From a virus (lineage: Duplodnaviria; Caudoviricetes), in IMG/VR virus record IMGVR_UViG_3300029286_001711: 64,000 nucleotides of DNA; one strand, 5' to 3'. The notes under the pieces are model-generated. The model did no database searches, was not told the DNA's origin, and worked only from the letters and a program-made list of their open reading frames with translations. Positions 8,308-16,998 of the stretch are shown piece by piece. Numbering within the stretch: the stretch's first letter is position 1; every line of letters starts with the position of its first letter. Made by a program: the position numbers and the translations under genes.

Positions 8308-9284
8308 TACTGTTTAGCCCCCACTCTGTTACCCCAAGCGTCTTTATTATTAACATTTTCTACCCTTTTATAGGCCCATCTTTCTTTCCAATGATTAACT
8401 AATGTGTCAATACTTAAATCTTTTGGTTTAAATTCTTTATCGATTCCTTTTAAAAACTCTGAGGTGTTTTCACCTCTATCACACCAATATATACCTCTAC
8501 GATTACCGTGAGTTGTTAAACGTCTAGCGTCAATACCCAAATAATCACAAGCCTTTCTAATAATGTTAATGCGGGAGTTTTTTCCACTTGTGAATTGTCC
8601 ACCAAGTATCTCACCCTCTTCTTCCTCAACAATTAACCTCATTTGTTGATACAAATCTTCATCTATTTGAACAGTTCCTTGTCCCTGGGTTAAACCCAAA
8701 TAATTGAAATGTTTAAGTCGGTTATATTGTACCCCACGACCATATAAAGACGTTACAGTAAGTCCTGCTAGGTCATCATTATACTTTTCCTTCCAATGAT
8801 TACCAACCACGTCAGATGATGCCAATAACGTTAATAACTTACCACCACACATATTATAACCAAAATGTCTGGTTGGTACACAAACTGAAATGTTTGCTAT
8901 ATTTCTATTTCTAAGAACCCTATCTTCTTTATTCCAACCAATGTGTCTATCTCTCGGACCTAAAGCTAAGAAATCGGCTGCTACATCGATAATACCCAAG
9001 TTCATACCATCAAATTGGTTTCTAACCAAGAAATAGTTATTACGACCTGGACTACGTCTGAATGGGAATGAAGAAACATGTTCTTCAATTGATTTCCATT
9101 CTCTCCATAGTTTACTTGTTGAGTCTACAGGAATTAATACGGGTAAAATGTTATTAGGATCATCAACCATACTCTCACTAATTAATAGTGGGTTAGATTT
9201 TTTAACTTGTCGGGTTTTCTGTTCCTCTTGGGATAAAAACTTAAAATTCATTAAGTCTTCTTTTAATTTTTCTCTATCAACCAT
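8307..9284 (-). CDS. DUF4338 (DruA-like) family protein, copy 2
   Basis: SPGR...LGII...LGPRDRHIGW...CVPTRHFGYNMCGGKLL...TSLYG...QYNRL motif series typical of DUF4338. Confidence 0.75.
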   Translation of the reverse strand: MVDREKLKEDLMNFKFLSQEEQKTRQVKKSNPLLISESMVDDPNNILPVLIPVDSTSKLWREWKSIEEHVSSFPFRRSPGRNNYFLVRNQFDGMNLGIIDVAADFLALGPRDRHIGWNKEDRVLRNRNIANISVCVPTRHFGYNMCGGKLLTLLASSDVVGNHWKEKYNDDLAGLTVTSLYGRGVQYNRLKHFNYLGLTQGQGTVQIDEDLYQQMRLIVEEEEGEILGGQFTSGKNSRINIIRKACDYLGIDARRLTTHGNRRGIYWCDRGENTSEFLKGIDKEFKPKDLSIDTLVNHWKERWAYKRVENVNNKDAWGNRVGAKQ

Positions 9285-9957
9285 TAATAAATTTGTGTGT
9301 TTTAATATATTTTACCATCCAATTCTCTTTTATTCCATTGATTGGAAATCCGTGAGCCGTCATGTATTCAATCCAATCACCTAAAACAGCATCCCTCATA
9401 TAAGGTCCTAATACGTTTTGTTCTCTCAATCTTTCTTCAGTCCATGGGTTATTATAAGTAATAGTTTGCCCATTTTCTTGACACCATTCAATTAGTTTAG
9501 TTAAAGTTCCAAACCTATCTGTCGGTGTTGTACAGTAGTAAGCGTTAGTTACAATTTGATTACCTAAACCCATACGATTACCTTGAGTGTGGTCGTTATG
9601 TTCTAAACCTTCTGGAAATAAATCCACCACACGTATAAACGCAAATTCATCAAAAAACCAATAATCAGGTGGCATATAACCCCGTTGAATCCTAGTGTGT
9701 TGTCTAACTTGTATTTTATCCTTATAATGATTATTAACAACCCTAGAAGTTACATCATCAGGCCAATCCATACCGTTTCTCCACGAGATATCTAATTCTA
9801 AACGTGTTAGAATTTTTCTTTTAATCTCCTCAGAATTTGCTCTACTGTGTGATACTATCCCAATAGTAGACTCTTGATTTTCTCGTAGAAAAGTAGACGC
9901 AGCATTCACCAATCGAGTAGTTTTACCTGATTGTCTTGGTGAAATCTCTACGTACAT
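9277..9957 (-). CDS. Stand-alone terminase-large-subunit-like P-loop ATPase domain
   Basis: Walker A PRQSGKT, RGY then Walker B WFFDEFAF, motif III-like CTTP; only 226 aa, no RNase H-like nuclease domain. Confidence 0.6.
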   Translation of the reverse strand: MYVEISPRQSGKTTRLVNAASTFLRENQESTIGIVSHSRANSEEIKRKILTRLELDISWRNGMDWPDDVTSRVVNNHYKDKIQVRQHTRIQRGYMPPDYWFFDEFAFIRVVDLFPEGLEHNDHTQGNRMGLGNQIVTNAYYCTTPTDRFGTLTKLIEWCQENGQTITYNNPWTEERLREQNVLGPYMRDAVLGDWIEYMTAHGFPINGIKENWMVKYIKTHKFING

Positions 9958-9961
9958 TGAA

Positions 9962-10360
9962 TTACCCCTTCAAAGCGTCTGCCATTATTTTACCTTCTTC
10001 AGTAAGATGTTTACCAAATTTTTCTGAATTCTTAACCATTTGTGACATTAAATCCATAGGATTTGACGCTTTTTGTGATTCTTTAATCATATCAGAAATT
10101 GCTTGTTCTCTCATCTTTTGAATTTCAGCAAGAGCGTCAGCTAAACTTTTATTAGTCTTACCTAATTTATTTTGGTAAGCTCTAATTGCATCGTTATCCT
10201 CAATTCTTTTCATTAACTTTAATGAATGAGTTAAGAAATCTTCATTTGTTTTTTCAACAGTTTTAACAACTTCTTTTTGTGTTTCTACAACCACTTCAGT
10301 TGTTTGGTCCATTAAGTCCGCTACGGCTCTTAATAGGTTTGTTACTTTTTTGTTATCCAT
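9962..10360 (-). CDS. Hypothetical helical protein
   Basis: 132 aa ORF, K/E/Q-rich. Confidence 0.7.
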   Translation of the reverse strand: MDNKKVTNLLRAVADLMDQTTEVVVETQKEVVKTVEKTNEDFLTHSLKLMKRIEDNDAIRAYQNKLGKTNKSLADALAEIQKMREQAISDMIKESQKASNPMDLMSQMVKNSEKFGKHLTEEGKIMADALKG

Positions 10361-10379
10361 TTTTATATTATTTTTAATT

Positions 10380-11543
10380 TTATCTTACCATATCAACGTT
10401 ACCTGCTTCAATTTTCTCCAAGGTATAGATTTCAAGTTCATTCCTTAATCTACCCTCTTCTTTAAGTTTTTCGTAACGATGTTGTGCTTTATTCTTCCAC
10501 CATTCAATCATATGTTCTAATTGGTATCTATCCCAGTTATCTCTCTTAACCAAAGGAATTTGACCATCACTAGCAATATATTGTGGTACGTTATCGTACC
10601 CATAGGTACAATAGTAATATCTCTTTTTAGTTTTAGCTTTCATATGTGATTTAGTAAAATCATGAAATGCTTGGTACTTAACTGGATCTTGTTCTTTTAA
10701 ATGATTCTTAAGAATTGAAATTATTTTATTAAATTCTCTCATTTTAGGTGTTGATGGAACTGGGTCAACTAATGAACCATTCCATTCTGGATTACCATAT
10801 AAAGCCCTTAACCTATCTCTTAATTCCATATAGATATTATCGTTTGGAAATAAGAAGACATCAGATTCAGTCATACTACCATATTTCATGAAAGGTTTTA
10901 AACCATCATACTGACTAACACCCTTAATATCACCATAAAGTGATGTGGTTTCCATGAATACCGTATCAATACGTTCACCGTACTTCTCCTTTAAGATTTG
11001 TCTTGCCTCATGTGAACAACAGATTAAGGCTAATAACTTACCCCCCAAATAGTTGTAACCAAATGGTTGAACAGGTACGATAATTGCACCGTTAATCATG
11101 TATTTGTTAACTTCGTTTGCGGTAACCTTAAGTCCTTGAAATAATTCATTTCTAGGCTTAATTGAAAGTACTGGTGATGCTAAACGAATAAACCCAACAT
11201 ACTTGTTAGTAGTTGTTTCCTTAATACCTAACATTACTTGTCTACCAATTTGAGATTCAAGTGGTAAAGATGTGATGATTTGGGTTGCTGGGTTGAATAG
11301 TTTGCCCTCAACCTCTTCAAGAACAAAATTCATATCTTTAGGTTCGATTGAATAGTCGTCAAACATCAACTTTGTGTATTTATCGTTGTCGATTTTAACA
11401 ATCTTTTCTTTTTTCCTTTCCAGGAAATAATCCTGAATCGTGTCCAACTTATCGTAGAACCCCATCAACTTATCAGTTAATTCAAGACTCTCTTCAGTCG
11501 TTAACCTCAATTCAAAATTCGAAACTTTCTTTTCTTTTGCCAT
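10380..11543 (-). CDS. DUF4338 (DruA-like) family protein, copy 1
   Basis: QIGR...VGFIRLAS...KPRN...IVPVQPFGYNYLGGKLL...TTSLYG...SQYDGLK motif series. Confidence 0.75.
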   Translation of the reverse strand: MAKEKKVSNFELRLTTEESLELTDKLMGFYDKLDTIQDYFLERKKEKIVKIDNDKYTKLMFDDYSIEPKDMNFVLEEVEGKLFNPATQIITSLPLESQIGRQVMLGIKETTTNKYVGFIRLASPVLSIKPRNELFQGLKVTANEVNKYMINGAIIVPVQPFGYNYLGGKLLALICCSHEARQILKEKYGERIDTVFMETTSLYGDIKGVSQYDGLKPFMKYGSMTESDVFLFPNDNIYMELRDRLRALYGNPEWNGSLVDPVPSTPKMREFNKIISILKNHLKEQDPVKYQAFHDFTKSHMKAKTKKRYYYCTYGYDNVPQYIASDGQIPLVKRDNWDRYQLEHMIEWWKNKAQHRYEKLKEEGRLRNELEIYTLEKIEAGNVDMVR

Positions 11544-11604
11544 ATATAAAACGTATTACCTTACAATGATAAGGGTAAATGAACTAGCTGTAAATGGAAC
11601 TACC

Positions 11605-11913
11605 TTACTTTAAACTCTCTATTTTGTTAGTATAAGCTTGAGCTGGTTGTAACCCAACCATTTTATCAATTGGTTGTCCGTTCTTAAAGAAAATAACAGT
11701 GGGTACACTTCTAATACCATCTTTTATCGCTAAATCAGAATGTACATCTATATTAACTTCACCAGCATTAACATCTGGGTAACTTTTAAGTACCCCATCT
11801 ATAATAGGTGTTAATACCTTACAGGGACCACACCAATCGGCCGAATATTTAACAATTGTTAATTTATCAGAGTTAACTAAACTGTGATAGGTTGTTGAAT
11901 CTATTTTTTGCAT
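11605..11913 (-). CDS. trxA: Thioredoxin
   Basis: WCGPC active site, cis-Pro IRSVPT, 102 aa. Confidence 0.95.
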   Translation of the reverse strand: MQKIDSTTYHSLVNSDKLTIVKYSADWCGPCKVLTPIIDGVLKSYPDVNAGEVNIDVHSDLAIKDGIRSVPTVIFFKNGQPIDKMVGLQPAQAYTNKIESLK

Positions 11914-11917
11914 ATTT

Positions 11918-12664
11918 TTATTTTTTATTATTTTTAGACCAATAATCCAATATTGATTTAGCCTCTAAACCCATATAAGGTAATGGTATTAATTGAAATC
12001 CTTTTTCTTTATCATGATAGAATATACCTAATCTACCCACTTTCTTTTTGGTTTCCATTTGAAACATGTAAGCATAAATAGATAGTTGTAACGCATAAAC
12101 ATTATATTGACAGTCAGATAAATGAGAAACTGGGGGATTTAACCAGTGACCGTAATCTGACATAAATCTGAAGTTTTTATTGGTTTTCCAATCCCAAACA
12201 TTAAAATAATCCCCACAATCTTCGATGATATCAGCTGTTCCAGCTAATTTATGTTTCTCGGAGAATAGAATTGTTTCAGGGTATATAGTACCCACAGTCA
12301 TGGGATCAATCGCTTGGAACTGGGTTATTAATCCCCTTTCGTAATCGTTTTTTGGAAAATATATTTTGTTAGCTAATAGATACCTTTCCATAATTTCATG
12401 GATTTCAGTACCGTAAGCATTAGCCTCATCGTTGATACGTTTCCATTCAGTCAATATCTCTTCTTGAGACATGTTTTGATATTGTTCCTTCTTTTTAGAA
12501 GGGTCTTGCATAGAAATAGCAAGAGCAATCTCCTCAGAGTTAAACTCAGGTTCCAACATACCTAATACCGTTGTAACTGATTTAAATTTCTCTTTAGTAA
12601 ATTTATGTATGTAAACGTGTTCTACTGGTTCTAAGAATACAACACTATCTCTCTTTTTTGCCAT
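11918..12664 (-). CDS. PD-(D/E)xK exonuclease (RecB/lambda-exonuclease-like)
   Basis: SVTT...GTEIHEIME...ETIL...LAGTADII...WDWKT...QLSIY motifs. Confidence 0.85.
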   Translation of the reverse strand: MAKKRDSVVFLEPVEHVYIHKFTKEKFKSVTTVLGMLEPEFNSEEIALAISMQDPSKKKEQYQNMSQEEILTEWKRINDEANAYGTEIHEIMERYLLANKIYFPKNDYERGLITQFQAIDPMTVGTIYPETILFSEKHKLAGTADIIEDCGDYFNVWDWKTNKNFRFMSDYGHWLNPPVSHLSDCQYNVYALQLSIYAYMFQMETKKKVGRLGIFYHDKEKGFQLIPLPYMGLEAKSILDYWSKNNKK

Positions 12665-12924
12665 TATCTAATCATTTGTCTAAGAATATTAGCGTGTAAT
12701 CCTAAAAATGTACTTTCACGACTCATCTCTTCTCTCTTCTTACTTTCGAGTTCATCATTTAATTTAAGTATTTTAAAGTCCATGAAGGAGTTTTTCTTCA
12801 TGAATGATTGGAAGATTTCTAACTGTTCTTTTAGTTCTTTAACTTCTTTTCTTAATTCTTTAATTTCACTATCTAAACGTCCACCCTCAATTTGGTAGTC
12901 GCCTCTAGGATACATCATTGCCAT
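12664..12924 (-). CDS. Hypothetical protein
   Basis: 86 aa coiled-coil-like, coupled to neighbours. Confidence 0.65.
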   Translation of the reverse strand: MAMMYPRGDYQIEGGRLDSEIKELRKEVKELKEQLEIFQSFMKKNSFMDFKILKLNDELESKKREEMSRESTFLGLHANILRQMIR

Positions 12925-13124
12925 AAATCTAATTTTAATAACTGTTCTAATATTTTAGGATCTTCACTTTCTTGAATAATCTTACAAACCTTTTCAGATA
13001 GTTCATCTTCCATTATTAAAGCATCAGCTTTTCTAATGAAAACAATTAAAAATTGTAACCCATCCTCTTTAAGAGTATTTCTTATGATACTCTCGTTTAC
13101 ATATCGTTTATTAAATCCCATCAT
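12915..13124 (-). CDS. Hypothetical protein
   Basis: 69 aa, coupled to neighbours. Confidence 0.65.
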   Translation of the reverse strand: MMGFNKRYVNESIIRNTLKEDGLQFLIVFIRKADALIMEDELSEKVCKIIQESEDPKILEQLLKLDLWQ

Positions 13125-14098
13125 AGTGAACTCTCCTTTAATTTAAAGGAAGATTTCAAAACATCAACAACACCTTGTCTACCAAAATCTTCGTTAACCT
13201 TTGAAATATCAAACCCTTCATTCATTTTAATAATTTTAACTCTACCGTGTAATTTACCCACATTAAGTTTAGAATAAACCTGTTTAGCCCTATCCCACGC
13301 ATCATCATCTAATAAAACAACGACAAAACTATTTGCGTTCTTCATTAATAAATCATATAATTTCTGATGTAAACTCTTACCCAACATTGGGATGGAATTA
13401 TATACAACAATATGGTCAAAAGGTCCCTCAACTAGATAAATTGTGGAATCCCAGTTGATTAATTGTTCACTAAAAATAACTTCCTCTCTGGGTAAATCAG
13501 GATTTTTATATTTAGGTTTTTTCCTGGCTAACCAAGTTCTACCTGTAAAATAATTTAATTTACCCTCTTTATCATATGACGGTACAATAATTCTATGACC
13601 ATACTCACCAGATGTTGTAAATCCCATTTTGAATTTATAAATCGTCTCTGGAGATAGGTTTCTTTGTTTGGTTAAGTAATTCCAAGCTTCTTTATATTGA
13701 ATTGTGTTTGGGTTACTTGTTTCGAATAGTTGAAATTCTTCGGGTAAATGTATCTCCCTAACTTCTTGAATTACCTTCTTACCCTTAACCTCATCAAGTT
13801 GAATCCCTAATTGTTTAAGTTTCTTTTTATGTTCTTTTCTACCGAATTTTGATATTAACTTTCCGATAGACCCCTGGGTATGATGTGTTTCACCACAAGA
13901 CCAACAATGGTAAACACCCTTACTTAAACTAACCTCAAAATTACCCTTACCATCACCATCTGAAAAACCTTTTTCTGCAGAACATACGGGACAATCGAAG
14001 GCATATTGTGACTTAGTTTTATTTATTTTTTTTGGAGTCCCTAAAATTTCGATAATTACATCTAATAATAGAGAATATTCTACTTGGCCCATAAACAA
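13121..14098 (-). CDS. dnaG: DNA primase (zinc finger + Toprim)
   Basis: CPVC...HCWSC zinc-binding domain, RIIVP, GR, KPKYKN, Toprim LVEGPFD and LLDDDA. True start may be the ATG of MGQVEY. Confidence 0.9.
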   Translation of the reverse strand: MFMGQVEYSLLLDVIIEILGTPKKINKTKSQYAFDCPVCSAEKGFSDGDGKGNFEVSLSKGVYHCWSCGETHHTQGSIGKLISKFGRKEHKKKLKQLGIQLDEVKGKKVIQEVREIHLPEEFQLFETSNPNTIQYKEAWNYLTKQRNLSPETIYKFKMGFTTSGEYGHRIIVPSYDKEGKLNYFTGRTWLARKKPKYKNPDLPREEVIFSEQLINWDSTIYLVEGPFDHIVVYNSIPMLGKSLHQKLYDLLMKNANSFVVVLLDDDAWDRAKQVYSKLNVGKLHGRVKIIKMNEGFDISKVNEDFGRQGVVDVLKSSFKLKESSL

Positions 14099-14143
14099 AA
14101 ATATAATAAAAATAAATGAGTTAGTAAATTACCACTTCTTTAA

Positions 14144-14153
14144 GATATTTATT
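14144..14153 (+). promoter_or_regulatory. Phage promoter-like motif GATATTTATT
   Basis: On the plus strand, 6 nt upstream of the plus-strand gene at 14160; orientation follows the gene. Confidence 0.6.
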
Positions 14154-14159
14154 AATATC

Positions 14160-14900
14160 ATGGCAGTTAAAGAAACTATTAAAAAATTTTTAAAAGAGGG
14201 TGACGGTAAAGGTTATTATAGTTACTACAGTAGTGGTTATGGTACTGGTAGCTACCAAACATATACACCTCTTAAATCTAAACATTTAAATGAACCTAAC
14301 TATAGGGAAATAGCAAATTTAAATGTTACAAAGGGTACTAATTTAGTAATACACCCTGATGATAGAACAACAGATTTTCTTGACCCATCCTACGCTGATT
14401 TATCAGCAACTGTTATGAATACCCAAAAAGAAATGTTTAATCTCAGAGAAAATATGAGACAACATGATAGAATTATAATGATGGGACACGGTTCTCCAGG
14501 TGGTTTAATGATGCCTAGAATTACATTAAATGGTGTGGATTTGGTTGATGGTGAACTAAAAAAATACAGTTTATATAGTCTCGGTGCTAATTTTGTTGAT
14601 ATCTTAAAAACAAAACCAATTGTAGCTGTTTGGTGTAATGCTGACCAATTTGTTGTACCACATGATTTACACGGTTTCTATACAGGAATGGTAATTTCTG
14701 AATTATGTGAGGCTAACTATTGTAAAGTTAATGGGTGTAATCAAAAAGAACTTGATGAATCTAATAGTTTATTTACAAAGGCTTTAACAGCAGCAATTAA
14801 AATACAATCTCCAGAATCAGTAAAAGTATTTAAAGAAATCTACAATAACCCTGATAATAAAATCATGGCTTATAATAGTCAAAGAATTTATTATAGATAA
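14160..14900 (+). CDS. Hypothetical protein, possible caspase/CHAT-like (clan CD) His-Cys fold
   Basis: IIMMGHGSPGG (His110) and IVAVWCNA (Cys159), each after a hydrophobic strand; isolated plus-strand gene. Confidence 0.5.
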   Translation: MAVKETIKKFLKEGDGKGYYSYYSSGYGTGSYQTYTPLKSKHLNEPNYREIANLNVTKGTNLVIHPDDRTTDFLDPSYADLSATVMNTQKEMFNLRENMRQHDRIIMMGHGSPGGLMMPRITLNGVDLVDGELKKYSLYSLGANFVDILKTKPIVAVWCNADQFVVPHDLHGFYTGMVISELCEANYCKVNGCNQKELDESNSLFTKALTAAIKIQSPESVKVFKEIYNNPDNKIMAYNSQRIYYR

Positions 14901-14901
14901 T

Positions 14902-15522
14902 TTATTTCCAGTAACCTTCTTTTCTCATGTACCCTAAAACAGCTGCGTAAGCATCAGTTTGGTCAAAGTTCTCTTTCTTAAGCTTTAAGTTTTTATCATA
15001 TAACCAAACAATATGTGGTTCACGTTCAGCAACCTTATCCCAAATGATTTGTTTTTTATCAATATCCCATGGATGTCCACCAAAAAGGACAGGTCTTTTA
15101 GATTTTAATTCTTTTTCTTTATAGGGTTCACCTCTTTTATCGTGAGTTCTAATTGCCATTAGTTCTGGAAATGCGTTAGCACGAGAATCGTAAGATGAGA
15201 TGAATTCGGGTATTACACCTAATACATCATCAACTACTTTAGATATCATACCGTTAAATTTAAGTAATATACCAACAGTATAGACATTATTACTGTTTAA
15301 AAGTGGTTCTTCGATAATAACCTTATCGATATCAAGGTCCATATACCTTGTTAAAAGTTTTTCGAAAGCGTCAACCTTCCTAAAAAGTTCTTCTAATTTA
15401 TTTTCTGGTTGTGGCTTAATTTTAGGTGCAATGTGAGTTAATTCTAATAACTTTCCATCACCTTCAAATAAAGCTATACCGATTGTCTTTGTAGACACAT
15501 CTAATCCAAGTACTCTTCCCAT
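14902..15522 (-). CDS. ruvC: RuvC-like Holliday junction resolvase
   Basis: VLGLDVSTKTIG, IIEEP, FDQTDAY acidic catalytic set. Confidence 0.85.
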   Translation of the reverse strand: MGRVLGLDVSTKTIGIALFEGDGKLLELTHIAPKIKPQPENKLEELFRKVDAFEKLLTRYMDLDIDKVIIEEPLLNSNNVYTVGILLKFNGMISKVVDDVLGVIPEFISSYDSRANAFPELMAIRTHDKRGEPYKEKELKSKRPVLFGGHPWDIDKKQIIWDKVAEREPHIVWLYDKNLKLKKENFDQTDAYAAVLGYMRKEGYWK

Positions 15523-15556
15523 AAAAACATTTTTAAATTTAAAACTATATTAATTA

Positions 15557-16753
15557 TTAAGTTACTAATGCTGTAATTCCTTTATTGTTAACTGTCATAT
15601 CACCACTAATTGGTAACTCTATACTTGTGATGAAAAATTGATTTGGATCGAATGTAATAGCTTGGTCTGGTTTTGATATTGCAACGGTATTACCGTTACG
15701 ATCTTTTACACAAAGACCTGAGAAAACTAAATTACAATTACCGTTTGTATCAAGATATGATTCATTATCTGAAGCTGTTATTTGACCTGGTTGTACAATT
15801 AAGGTTGCGTTTGCGTACATTCTATAATCATAATCTGAACCCTGAAAAACTGTCGTCGCACTAGTTGTAGGTGTTGCTCCAGTTGTATAATAATCACCAC
15901 TATATTGTGTCCAATCAAAAGCTTGAGCTAAAGGACCCCAAAGGAAAAGTATTCCACTTTTAAAATCCATCCAACCTGAAGCTCTATCGTGACCACCAAT
16001 ACCAGTCCAAATAGACGGGTCAGCTTTACTCGCGTTAAAACTAGCAAACCTCTTATTCATGGTTGCATATGGGTTAGTTTGTGCAAACCCAACACTCCAA
16101 GATTGACTTGAGCCTGTAGCTCCTGTAAATGTATTATAAACATGATCTGTGAACATAAAAGCACCACCACTATCGAATCTATCATAAATAGGACTGGATG
16201 GGTCTGGATTTGTACCATTAACAAATGTGTAACCAAAACCGATATCACTAGTACAAAATGTTGATGGTTCAGATATTGAGTTATCAGCTATACATCCACC
16301 ACAAAGTTGCCCAGGTAGTTGACTTCGAGAATCTGGCGTGTATACGTAAGAACTGTATAATGTCACAGATGACAAACCACTTGTTATACCACTAAAAGAA
16401 GCGTTAAGAGGTATTTTAACCCCAACACTAACACCGTCAATATTAGATCTATATGTGGTTCTACCTAACTGAATCATTACGGCTCCAGTAGTACCGAAAG
16501 ATGTAACTAAATCTTGTAACATTGTATTATTTAATCCACCATCAACATAGTCTTGGTTTATTTGATTAAAACTAAATGTATTATATAAACTACCAACATG
16601 TGACCAAAAATGTGTTGTTAGTGTGGATGTGTATAATGCATCATTTAACCCTAAAAGTTTAAAAGCTTTAAGTTGTGTCGCATCTGTTGCGATTGTATAT
16701 TGACCTGATTGGTCTTTATCATAACCTATTGTGACATCTTGAAATGGTATCAT
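15557..16753 (-). CDS. Putative virion structural (baseplate/fibre-associated) protein
   Basis: T/S/G/N-rich beta composition; C-terminal GLCVKDRNGNTVAISKPDQAI motif shared with 18355..20400. Confidence 0.6.
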   Translation of the reverse strand: MIPFQDVTIGYDKDQSGQYTIATDATQLKAFKLLGLNDALYTSTLTTHFWSHVGSLYNTFSFNQINQDYVDGGLNNTMLQDLVTSFGTTGAVMIQLGRTTYRSNIDGVSVGVKIPLNASFSGITSGLSSVTLYSSYVYTPDSRSQLPGQLCGGCIADNSISEPSTFCTSDIGFGYTFVNGTNPDPSSPIYDRFDSGGAFMFTDHVYNTFTGATGSSQSWSVGFAQTNPYATMNKRFASFNASKADPSIWTGIGGHDRASGWMDFKSGILFLWGPLAQAFDWTQYSGDYYTTGATPTTSATTVFQGSDYDYRMYANATLIVQPGQITASDNESYLDTNGNCNLVFSGLCVKDRNGNTVAISKPDQAITFDPNQFFITSIELPISGDMTVNNKGITALVT

Positions 16754-16756
16754 TGT

Positions 16757-16987
16757 TTATCTTGTTGTAAAAAATGCGTTATTTAAATCACCCATTAAAT
16801 AAGTGTTATTTATACCAGGAAATATAATTTCAACTCTTGTAGAAGGAACACCTGATGCGTTCTTAAATAAAAAATTAAATGAACTAGGTGTTAACAAATA
16901 ATCCTTACTACTGATTTGTGGTCGTAGAAAATTATCTGGTATCATATAATCTACTAAAGCTGGGTTGTTATAATTTACTGTACTCAT
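16757..16987 (-). CDS. Small putative virion protein
   Basis: 76 aa within the structural operon. Confidence 0.55.
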   Translation of the reverse strand: MSTVNYNNPALVDYMIPDNFLRPQISSKDYLLTPSSFNFLFKNASGVPSTRVEIIFPGINNTYLMGDLNNAFFTTR

Positions 16988-16998
16988 ATTGTTATTTA

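Noticed and set aside
11544-11604. Imperfect hairpin upstream of DUF4338 copy 1
   Set aside because: Only 8 mostly AT pairs with a bulge, expected by chance in AT-rich DNA.
11605-11913. Thioredoxin as a dedicated foldase for the Cys-rich virion proteins
   Set aside because: A WCGPC thioredoxin is adequately explained as the reductant for the class II RNR; no evidence links it to the virion proteins.
11918-12664. Cas4 call for the PD-(D/E)xK nuclease
   Set aside because: It lacks the four-Cys Fe-S cluster pattern and there is no CRISPR context.
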